DNA of 38,878 nt. It comes from Pseudidiomarina sp. Its GTDB lineage: Bacteria > Pseudomonadota > Gammaproteobacteria > Enterobacterales > Alteromonadaceae. Below are positions 28,058 to 35,881 of this stretch, one piece after another; position 1 is the stretch's first letter; the number at the start of each line of letters is the position of its first letter. The notes under the pieces were generated by a model. It was not told where the DNA came from. It saw only the letters and a program-made list of their open reading frames with translations, and ran no database searches. Both the position numbers and the translations under genes were made by a program. The stretch spans positions 1 through 38,878 of the forward strand of contig DASSWH010000079.1 of the NCBI GenBank assembly GCA_035705175.1, written 5' to 3'.

Positions 28058-28948
28058 TTACGGTTTGTCTTTGAAACGATTTGAAGAATTTTGAAGCGGC
28101 ATCTTCATGATGGTTTCAACGAGCGTATCGGGGTCGGTGGTAACGGCATATCCACCTTTTTCCGAAAATAATCGACGTTGCGCTTCGTTGGCAACGATGG
28201 TGTAGAGCACAAAAGGCGTGTCGTCGCCTTTCGCTCGCATGGCATCGAGTAATCGCATACCGGCGAGCGGATCATCATGGCGCCCCATATCCGAGATAAC
28301 GATGTCGTAGTTGTATAATTCAAGTAGTGTTAATGCGTCGTCAGTCGTTAACGCGCTGTAGACGCCATAAGCGTGCCTTTCAAAGTAGGTAACTTCACGT
28401 TCATTGTTGGAGGGATTATCGTCTACCCACAAAATACGGCCGACGACTTCAAGTGGCTCACTGTATTTGATCTCTCGAGGAGTATTGTCTTCAGTATGAA
28501 ATGCTGTCATGTAAATAGGTGCAGAAATAGCGGCAATTGCCAGCATAACGACTGCACCAATCCAGACTCTTTTGTTGTTGGCAGGCGTTGGCGCGAGCAC
28601 AGGTTGTGACGGCGTGACCATGTTACTCGGCTGATTCAACCGTTGCGCTAACTCCGGCGCGAGTCGATAACCACGCCCACGCAACGTCTGAATAATCGCT
28701 CGATCATAGTTGTGAGACTTAAAAACGGTGCGGGCGTCTGCAACAAGACGCGACGCTGACCAAGTCGATACGACGGAGCCGTTCCACAGTGTTTCGAGTA
28801 ATTCCTTTTGACTGACTACTTCTGGATATTTCTGAATCAGCAGTATCATCAGTTTAATGATACGACTGTCGATCTGAAGCAATTTTCCCTGATAGTCGAT
28901 ACACAGTTGGTCGGAGTCGATCGTAAATCCATCAAATGTGTACTTCAA
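28058..28948 (-). CDS. CadC/ToxR-like wHTH - TM - receiver-domain regulator (start TTG 28948 or 28969)
   Basis: YTFDGF...VVSQKELLETLW...IQTLRGRGYRL (Trans_reg_C); hydrophobic VWIGAVVMLAIAAISAPIYM; RILWVDDN...YDIVISDMG...TPFVLYT (REC). Confidence 0.85.
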   Translation of the reverse strand: MKYTFDGFTIDSDQLCIDYQGKLLQIDSRIIKLMILLIQKYPEVVSQKELLETLWNGSVVSTWSASRLVADARTVFKSHNYDRAIIQTLRGRGYRLAPELAQRLNQPSNMVTPSQPVLAPTPANNKRVWIGAVVMLAIAAISAPIYMTAFHTEDNTPREIKYSEPLEVVGRILWVDDNPSNNEREVTYFERHAYGVYSALTTDDALTLLELYNYDIVISDMGRHDDPLAGMRLLDAMRAKGDDTPFVLYTIVANEAQRRLFSEKGGYAVTTDPDTLVETIMKMPLQNSSNRFKDKP

Positions 28949-28972
28949 CGGAGCCCCTAATTCAACCAAATA

Positions 28973-29003
28973 ACCACCGCTCGATTATGCCACGAGCGGC
29001 GGT
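28973..29003 (-). terminator. GC-rich hairpin after the peroxiredoxin gene; loop contains an extended -10 (TGGCATAAT)
   Basis: Minus strand ACCGCCGCTCG-TGGCATAAT-CGAGCGGTGGT followed by TATTT. Confidence 0.55.
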
Positions 29004-29031
29004 GAATACTAGCGTTTCGTATGAAATTTAA

Positions 29032-29664
29032 TCATTTATCGAGTTCAGTAATGCGCAAGTATGGCTTCAACGTTGTCCAACCTTGTGGGAACTTCTTCTT
29101 GGCGTCTTCATCGCTGACGGTGGGGCGAATAATGACTGGATTACCCGGACGCCAATCCGCTGGGCAAGCAACTTCTTGTTTATCGGTTGTTTGCAACGCA
29201 TCAATGACGCGCAAAATCTCGTCAAAATTGCGTCCGACGGTCATCGGATAGGTCATCATCAGACGGATCTTCATCGACGGATCAATGATGAAAACTGAGC
29301 GCACCGTAGCCGTGACACTCTCATTCGGGTGAATCATGTCGTACAACTGCGCAATTTTCAGTTCTTTGTCAGCCACAATTGGAAACTCCAGAACGGTGTT
29401 CTGAGTTTCGTTGACATCTTGAATCCAGCCTTTGTGTTGTTCAACCGTATCGGTCGATAAGCCGAGTGGTTTGACATTACGTTTGGCAAATTCTGGCGCC
29501 AGTTGTGAGGTGCGCCCCATTTCGGTCGTGCAAACTGGCGTGTAGTCTGCCGGGTGACTGAAAAAGAACACCCATGATCCCTGCGCCCAGTCGTGCAGCC
29601 GGATGGGACCATTCGTGGTGTCGATGGAAAAGTCAGGCGCGGTATCGCCAATACGCAGTGCCAT
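29032..29664 (-). CDS. 1-Cys peroxiredoxin (Prx6 family)
   Basis: FSHPADYTPVCTTE, YPMTVGRNFDEILR, PADWRPG; AGGAGG RBS. Confidence 0.95.
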   Translation of the reverse strand: MALRIGDTAPDFSIDTTNGPIRLHDWAQGSWVFFFSHPADYTPVCTTEMGRTSQLAPEFAKRNVKPLGLSTDTVEQHKGWIQDVNETQNTVLEFPIVADKELKIAQLYDMIHPNESVTATVRSVFIIDPSMKIRLMMTYPMTVGRNFDEILRVIDALQTTDKQEVACPADWRPGNPVIIRPTVSDEDAKKKFPQGWTTLKPYLRITELDK

Positions 29665-29676
29665 AATAAACCTCCT

Positions 29677-29778
29677 GAATAGTTAAAAGAGAACAGTGAA
29701 CAGTGAACACAAACACAAAAATGGCGCATACGACAAGCTAATCGTGTTGTTCTATTCACTGTTTACTGTTCACTATTT
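29677..29778. repeat. Inverted pair of degenerate heptamer (GAACAGT) tandem arrays
   Basis: gaatagt-taaaaga-gaacagt-gaacagt-gaac (29677-29708) versus tctattc-actgttt-actgttc-actattt (29751-29778). Confidence 0.8.
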
Positions 29779-29830
29779 ACCAGTAGTTTAGTTGACCAAT
29801 TCGGTGGTCGTTAGTTTGATTTACGCTAAG

Positions 29831-30409
29831 TTATTCTGCTTGGCTCACCTGGATGGCCGCACCTGGGAGTGGTTGTAATAACGGTCCTAACTGTTCGACA
29901 GGGCTGGTGAACCAATAATTTATAGCGTCCACTGGGACGAAGAACGGCATGCGATGATGATACTCCGCGCAGATTTCATTCGGTGCAATGGTCAAACTGA
30001 CGAGTTCTGGATGTTGTCCACCATGGAAAACGAGCCCTCCCATCAACAAGGGGCTGCTATCGCTACTTTCGAACAAATACTTCACTTTGCGTCCATCTTC
30101 AGTTCGCCACTCGTAATACCCTGACACGGGAATCAAACAACGCGACTGGGCAAAAGCACGCGTAAAGGTCGGCTTCACTGCCGCTGTTTCTACTTGCGCA
30201 TTAATCAGAATTTTCGTAGCCCAGTTGGGTCGTATACCCCACTGTGTTGGCACCTGCTGTATGGATTCTGTTGCCTCATTCCACATCAGCGTGTCAATAC
30301 TCTGTGTTGGGCGTACGTCAGCATTATCCTGCGTCTTAAACTGAATGCCCAACTGTTCACCGAGATAAGCTGTCAACGGAGCGGCGATCACATTCATGCG
30401 GCCACACAT
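29831..30409 (-). CDS. SOS response-associated peptidase (SRAP / YedK / HMCES family), abasic-site protecting protein
   Basis: N-terminal MCGR, QWG, INA, RCLIPVSGYYEW, HHRMP. Confidence 0.92.
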   Translation of the reverse strand: MCGRMNVIAAPLTAYLGEQLGIQFKTQDNADVRPTQSIDTLMWNEATESIQQVPTQWGIRPNWATKILINAQVETAAVKPTFTRAFAQSRCLIPVSGYYEWRTEDGRKVKYLFESSDSSPLLMGGLVFHGGQHPELVSLTIAPNEICAEYHHRMPFFVPVDAINYWFTSPVEQLGPLLQPLPGAAIQVSQAE

Positions 30410-30532
30410 TATCTTTTTCTCCCGATTTGCTTGATGTTCACTTCTGGTTACATTTGTAAACGAACATCGCGAACACTTTCAAACAAAGTGGACTAGACTT
30501 TCTCTCAATTCAACTCAGTTTGGGAGAAACTA

Positions 30533-32197
30533 ATGAAAATAACTTATTCAACCGGCTTGACCACCGTTGCCCTGAGTGCTCTTTTGGTGTCTGTTGCTGC
30601 ACAAGCGGATACCAGTGCTTACGATCAAGTTGTACGTTCAAGTTACCAGCAGAATCTGCCTGGTGCCGCTATTCATGTTTCGCGGTCAGGTGAGGCGGTA
30701 TACGCCACTGCGGCAGGGATGGCCGATATGGAACTCGCCGTCGCTATGGAAAACGACCATATTTTTCGCTTAGCTTCGGTGACGAAACAATACACCGCTG
30801 CCGCGATTCTAAAGTTAGTCGATGAAGGCAAGCTTAGTCTGGACGACACGGTTTCCAAATGGTGGCCCGATCTTGCATTTGGCGATGTTACCGTGCATCA
30901 ATTACTCAACCATACTTCGGGTATTGCTAGTTATACCAGTATTCCCGGTTATATGAGTGACACGCGAATTCAGCGTGATTTGACGACTGCTGAATTAATC
31001 GCAGTATTCGCTGAACTTCCGCTTGATTTTGATCCCGGTACTGAATGGCGCTACAACAACTCTGCATACGTCATGTTGGGGGCTATTATTGAAAAAGTTA
31101 CTGCACAACCCTGGGATAGCTACATAGTCAATCGTTTGCTGAAGCCACTAGGAATCAACGACACTGCTTACTATCCAGATGCGAAAATCACGCCTCGCCG
31201 GATTCCGGGATACCACAATAGTGAAGATGGTCCCATCAATGCGCCGCACCTGAGTATGACGCAGCCGCATGCAGCTGGAGCCTTATCTGCAACAGCCGCT
31301 GATGTAGATAAATGGCAGGTTGCACTGCATAGTGGCAATGTCATTTCCGCTGCCAGTTACGAGAAAATGATCACACCGGAAGACGTTGCGGATGGTTACG
31401 GCTATGGCATTGCCGCAGGTAAGCTCCGTGGTTGGGATACGTTGTCGCATGGTGGTGGTATTCATGGTTTTAATACCTACGCATTGTGGTTGCCAGAGCA
31501 GGAAATATCTGTGGTGGTGCTGTCCAACATTGCCGGCGGTCCTGCCAGCCCAACCGATATCGCCTTCCGACTTGCAGCGATAGCAGCGGGCAACCCATTC
31601 CCAATTGAAAAGCCTCCAGTCGAAATGAGTTCAATGGAATTAGAAAAGCTCGTGGGCACCTACCAAATCAATGACGACACCAAGCGCACGCTGAAGCTGG
31701 AAGATGGTCGTTTGCTGAGTCAACGTCAAGGTGGCACGCCGTCAGTGGTTATTCCGGTAGGGAATGATCAGTTCGCTCTCGAAGGCTCCGCAGCATATTT
31801 TGAAGCGGTTCGAGATGAGAGCGGTAATGTTACCGGTGTTGATTTTTATCAGGTGAATAGTGCGGAGGCTGAACGTGCTGAGAAAGTCAGCAACGAAGTC
31901 GCAATGCGTAATGTCAGTTCATTAACTGCGGAGCAACAGGAGCGTCTGGTCGGTGACTATGAACTGCAACCCGGCTTCGTCATTACCATTCGTCGCACGA
32001 ATGCAGGTATGACGGCCCAAGCAACGGGGCAAAATGCATTCCCAGTGCAATCAGAGGGCGACAACGTCCTATTCAACGACCAGTTTGGTATCGAAATGGT
32101 ATTTGATCTCAGTGCTGATGGACCAGCTCAACAACTGACATTAAATCAAGGTGGTCGAGCGATGCCAGCACCGCGTTTACAACCAAAAGGCGAGTAA
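30533..32197 (+). CDS. Secreted beta-lactamase-family (class C-like) serine hydrolase with two C-terminal DUF3471-like repeats
   Basis: Signal peptide; FRLASVTK (SxxK), LLNHTSG, YNN (YxN), HGGGIHGF; repeats LEKLVGTYQI and QERLVGDYEL. Confidence 0.9.
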   Translation: MKITYSTGLTTVALSALLVSVAAQADTSAYDQVVRSSYQQNLPGAAIHVSRSGEAVYATAAGMADMELAVAMENDHIFRLASVTKQYTAAAILKLVDEGKLSLDDTVSKWWPDLAFGDVTVHQLLNHTSGIASYTSIPGYMSDTRIQRDLTTAELIAVFAELPLDFDPGTEWRYNNSAYVMLGAIIEKVTAQPWDSYIVNRLLKPLGINDTAYYPDAKITPRRIPGYHNSEDGPINAPHLSMTQPHAAGALSATAADVDKWQVALHSGNVISAASYEKMITPEDVADGYGYGIAAGKLRGWDTLSHGGGIHGFNTYALWLPEQEISVVVLSNIAGGPASPTDIAFRLAAIAAGNPFPIEKPPVEMSSMELEKLVGTYQINDDTKRTLKLEDGRLLSQRQGGTPSVVIPVGNDQFALEGSAAYFEAVRDESGNVTGVDFYQVNSAEAERAEKVSNEVAMRNVSSLTAEQQERLVGDYELQPGFVITIRRTNAGMTAQATGQNAFPVQSEGDNVLFNDQFGIEMVFDLSADGPAQQLTLNQGGRAMPAPRLQPKGE

Positions 32198-33031
32198 ACC
32201 GCTGCCCAGTGCGATGGTAAATACACTGAGAACTTGGTATGCCATCCGTCGACCCGCAATAAACCAAACAATTGCCGCCTTTATCAACGTATTGGTAACG
32301 GCGGCAATCATAATCGCCAAAACGGCGGTTGATTCGCTAATGTCTGTCAAAGCAAGCTGACTTACCGTGATAGTCATAGCGTCCACATCCGTAATGCCAC
32401 TTAAAGCAGCGACAACAAATAGTCCTTGGTCACCAAAATGAGCCAGTCCCAGCTCTGTTGCGAGAATGATGACAATCAACAGCAAGGCAAATTGTAGCGC
32501 TGGAATAAAATGAAATGGGTTATTGATCGGTAATTCTTGAGGCTGCAGTAATTCCGCTACGGGTTGTTTAACCAATCAAATCACACTGCCGTAACTGATC
32601 ACCATCATTAACAGAAGCGGAATCATCAGCGTCTCGACTAATTTCGAGTTGATCACAGCAACTTCAATCAGTATTCGAGGAAACATAGTTCCCGCGGCTA
32701 GTATGGTGCCGGCGGCTAGCGTGCTTGAGTAAGTGGGATGCTTGTTAGCAATGCGAGCAAAGCTCAAGGTCACGGCTGTTGACGAGACGAGGCCGCCGAA
32801 AAAACCAGTCATCAGCAGTCCGCGGGTGCTGCCAAGCACGCGCACCGCTACGTAACCGACCAACGAAATACCCGTGATGAGAATGACAAATAGCCAAATT
32901 TGAAACGGGTTTATGGCTTGATAGGGGCCGAATCCTTGATTGGGCAGCAGCCATAGTAAAGCCAGCGATGCTAGAGACATCAGTAGCGTTGATCGCCACT
33001 CGTTAACAACTGCAGCAAACTTGAAAGGCAT
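32177..33031 (-). pseudogene. DUF4010 (MgtC/SapB-associated) membrane protein interrupted by an in-frame TGA and lacking the N-terminal MgtC part
   Basis: LPNQGFGPYQAINP...GGLVSSTAVT and NPFHF...SGITDVDA...NTLIK are in one frame, separated only by TGA at 32578-32576. Confidence 0.75.
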
Positions 33032-33052
33032 AGTAATTAACTCACGAGTGGT

Positions 33053-33661
33053 TTAATTTTCCCAGTTTACAATCATTTCGAATTCGCCGTCAGCATTCGG
33101 GACTAAATGCACATACGGCTGCTCAGAACGAAGGCCCGCTTCAACCAAGGCTCGGTGAGTCCGCATCACCATCGACATCATAGTGGATGAGTCTGTATCA
33201 ACCAAGAAACGGCAGGACGTTTGCCGACATTCCAAATCCCGAAAATTATAATCACGCAGTATTTCGTGGGTAATAAAGAGATCATCAACTCGTCGAGTCA
33301 GTGTAGTGTCCTCAGGGCCGTCATCCGCAAAATCGGCGACTGGGTCACGCGCCTGATTCCATTCATCATCGAGGGGGTGATTCGGTAATTCAGTTTGCTC
33401 AGATTTGAGACGTTTGCCTGATGCGCGCAGATCCGCAATCTCCGCCTCTAAATCAGCAATGTCGGCTTTGATTTGATCATGCTCTTCTTGGTAGGGATCG
33501 CTCGATGCTGTTGCAATATCGGGGTCTTTATTGACTTCAGTCTGGGTAATGGACGGTTCCACGGAATTGCGGGTTGTTGATGTCTGCCAGTACTGGTAAC
33601 CGGCCAAAGCAACGCACATGATGCCGATAACATGGAGACTGATCAGAAGATAACGATTCAT
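33053..33661 (-). CDS. Hypothetical membrane-anchored coiled-coil protein with C-terminal CxxxxC domain
   Basis: N-terminal hydrophobic anchor, heptad IKADIADLEAEIADL, LECRQTSCRF. Confidence 0.75.
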   Translation of the reverse strand: MNRYLLISLHVIGIMCVALAGYQYWQTSTTRNSVEPSITQTEVNKDPDIATASSDPYQEEHDQIKADIADLEAEIADLRASGKRLKSEQTELPNHPLDDEWNQARDPVADFADDGPEDTTLTRRVDDLFITHEILRDYNFRDLECRQTSCRFLVDTDSSTMMSMVMRTHRALVEAGLRSEQPYVHLVPNADGEFEMIVNWEN

Positions 33662-33663
33662 GA

Positions 33664-34350
33664 TTAGTTATCCAAGCTACGCCCAAACGAAATATGCACT
33701 TCGCTGGAGTCATATTTGTGGTGGATCCAACGCTGCCTTCCTGCGGCAGGTTGATTACTGATGGTATTTCTAAAAGTACTCACAATCGCGCTTTTCTCGG
33801 AAGGATTACTGGTACCGAAGTGGATATTACAGGTCATTTTCAGGCAACTGATCCGTTCAAAGGTTTTGGCGGCCAACGGTTCAGCAAGCATTGCTGCGAC
33901 TTCGGTCTGTTCAGCTTCAAAATCCCAGTCGGCGAAGCGGCTATCGGGTGCGTATAGCTCCGCGAACGTGGTGTCATAGCCTAACAGGTAATGCATCGCT
34001 GATTTTGGTACTGCTTTACCCTGCGCAAGTTCATCTTGCAGTAACTCGCGCCGCTGGTCGTTGGTCATAGTCGTGAACGCTGCCACGTCAATATTTGCAT
34101 GCTCCGAACTCGCTTGTAGTTCGTCACGAACACGCCTCAGTTCAGCCAGGAGTTCATGAAGCTGCGTGAGCGAGTGTTGGGAGTCAGCAGATTGGAGTGG
34201 ATTGATTACAGGCTGCTCAGTTGTGGACTCAATGCCCGGGTCAGTGGTCGCGGGTACGGATTGCTCGACCGTCTGGCTGGCAGCCGACCAGAGACCGTAG
34301 CTCAGCGCGATATAGAAAACCAAGGCTGCTAAATGTGCAAAGCAAGTCAT
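33664..34350 (-). CDS. Hypothetical membrane-anchored coiled-coil protein with C-terminal CxxxxC domain (start ATG 34350 or TTG 34359)
   Basis: N-terminal anchor, LHELLAELRRVRDEL, ISCLKMTCNI; 2-nt gap to the next gene. Confidence 0.7.
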   Translation of the reverse strand: MTCFAHLAALVFYIALSYGLWSAASQTVEQSVPATTDPGIESTTEQPVINPLQSADSQHSLTQLHELLAELRRVRDELQASSEHANIDVAAFTTMTNDQRRELLQDELAQGKAVPKSAMHYLLGYDTTFAELYAPDSRFADWDFEAEQTEVAAMLAEPLAAKTFERISCLKMTCNIHFGTSNPSEKSAIVSTFRNTISNQPAAGRQRWIHHKYDSSEVHISFGRSLDN

Positions 34351-34454
34351 GTGCGGCAATATCCCGGTTGCTCAACAAATCGAGTTGTAAAGGTTGTGTT
34401 AATAGCACTCTAACTGGTCTAAATGGACAGCGCAATACGTAGGTAATGAGACAT

Positions 34455-34490
34455 TTGACAGGAAACCTGCACTCACGCATGCTGAGTGCA
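34455..34490 (+). promoter_or_regulatory. Putative gdhA promoter with overlapping palindrome
   Basis: TTGACA (34455-34460), 17-nt spacer, CATGCT; TGCACTCA-N7-TGAGTGCA at 34468-34490. Confidence 0.55.
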
Positions 34491-34516
34491 AATAACAAGA
34501 GGATGGAAGCCCCGAT

Positions 34517-35869
34517 ATGACCTACATGCACGACACCATCGAGCAGTTAAAGCAAACCAGTCCCGCTCAATCTGAATTTTATCAAGCCGTCGAAGAAGTT
34601 CTCGAATCCATTGAACCCCTCCTTGAAAGCAATCCACGTTACCGGGAACACGCAAATATCGAGCGTTTAGTTGAACCAGAACGGCAGATTATGTTTCGCG
34701 TGCCATGGTTAGATGATAACGGCAAGATTCAGGTCAATAAGGGCTATCGAATAGAGTTCAACTCGGCTCTGGGTCCTTATAAAGGCGGCTTACGATTTCA
34801 CAAGAGTGTAAATGGCAGCATCGTCAAGTTTCTCGGTTTTGAGCAGATCTTTAAAAATGCACTGACAGGCTTGTCAATCGGCGGTGGTAAAGGCGGTTCA
34901 AACTTTGATCCCAAGGGCAAATCACAACAAGAAATCATGCGTTTTTGCCAGTCGTTTATGACCGAGCTCTATCGTCATATTGGGCCAAATACAGACGTGC
35001 CGGCTGGTGATATCGGTGTTGGAACGCGAGAAATCGGCTACTTGTTTGGACAATACAAACGTATTGTGAATCGGTTTGATGGTGTACTGACGGGCAAGGG
35101 CTCCCTGTGGGGAGGCTCCGAAGTACGCACACAAGCGACGGGCTATGGCGCGGTTTACTTTGCCAAATATATGATGGAAGACCGCGACTTTGAAATAAAA
35201 GGTAAACGTTGTTTGGTATCGGGCTCTGGTAACGTTGCCATTTATACCATGGAAAAGTTGATTGAACTAGGCGCTATTCCGGTTGCGTGCAGTGACTCCA
35301 GCGGTACCATTTACCATCAAGATGGCATTGACTTAGATACCGTGAAAGAGCTGAAAGAAGCCGGTAGCGAGCGGCTCGAAAAGTATCTCGAGAAGCACAG
35401 CAAAGCTGAATACACACCGCGCGATGATTACCCGGATGATGGCGAGAAGATTTGGCGCTATGCCGCTGATCTAGCATTTCCATGTGCGACTCAGAATGAG
35501 ATATCGAAGGAAGATGCTGAAGCTTTGGTTGAAAATGGCTGTAAAGGGCTGGTTGAAGGCGCCAACATGCCGTGCACAGCGGAAGCTGCTGATATCCTGT
35601 TGGAGTCACGCATTGCGTATGCGCCAGGTAAAGCTTCGAATGCGGGCGGAGTTGCCACTTCACAATTGGAAATGGCGCAGAACTCGAGCATGCAACGTTG
35701 GACCTTTGAGGAAGTCGATGAAAGATTGAAGACCATCATGTGCCACATCTATCAATCGTCGCGGGACGCTGCTGAGGAGTTTGGTGAGAAAGATAATCTT
35801 GTGGTTGGCGCGAACATCGCAGGTTTTCGTCGCGTTGCAGACGCTATGATTCAGCAGGGCGTCGTGTAG
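34517..35869 (+). CDS. gdhA: NADP-specific glutamate dehydrogenase
   Basis: EFYQAVEEV, GPYKGGLRFH, KFLGFEQIFKNALT, GGGKGGSNF, DVPAGDIGVG, GSGNVA, PCATQNE, EGANMP. Confidence 0.97.
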   Translation: MTYMHDTIEQLKQTSPAQSEFYQAVEEVLESIEPLLESNPRYREHANIERLVEPERQIMFRVPWLDDNGKIQVNKGYRIEFNSALGPYKGGLRFHKSVNGSIVKFLGFEQIFKNALTGLSIGGGKGGSNFDPKGKSQQEIMRFCQSFMTELYRHIGPNTDVPAGDIGVGTREIGYLFGQYKRIVNRFDGVLTGKGSLWGGSEVRTQATGYGAVYFAKYMMEDRDFEIKGKRCLVSGSGNVAIYTMEKLIELGAIPVACSDSSGTIYHQDGIDLDTVKELKEAGSERLEKYLEKHSKAEYTPRDDYPDDGEKIWRYAADLAFPCATQNEISKEDAEALVENGCKGLVEGANMPCTAEAADILLESRIAYAPGKASNAGGVATSQLEMAQNSSMQRWTFEEVDERLKTIMCHIYQSSRDAAEEFGEKDNLVVGANIAGFRRVADAMIQQGVV

Positions 35870-35881
35870 GTCACGTGAACG

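Noticed and set aside
17042-30409. Defence or DNA-damage island (WYL, ogt, SRAP, peroxiredoxin, OsmC)
   Set aside because: The genes are dispersed among housekeeping genes with no integrase, nuclease, shared operator or boundary repeats.
30444-30459. Possible LexA box upstream of the SRAP gene
   Set aside because: CTGG-N8 is followed by GTAA, so the required CAG end is missing.
32540-32578. Selenocysteine recoding of the in-frame TGA
   Set aside because: No SECIS-like hairpin follows, and the context fits Trp at a TM boundary rather than a catalytic Cys.
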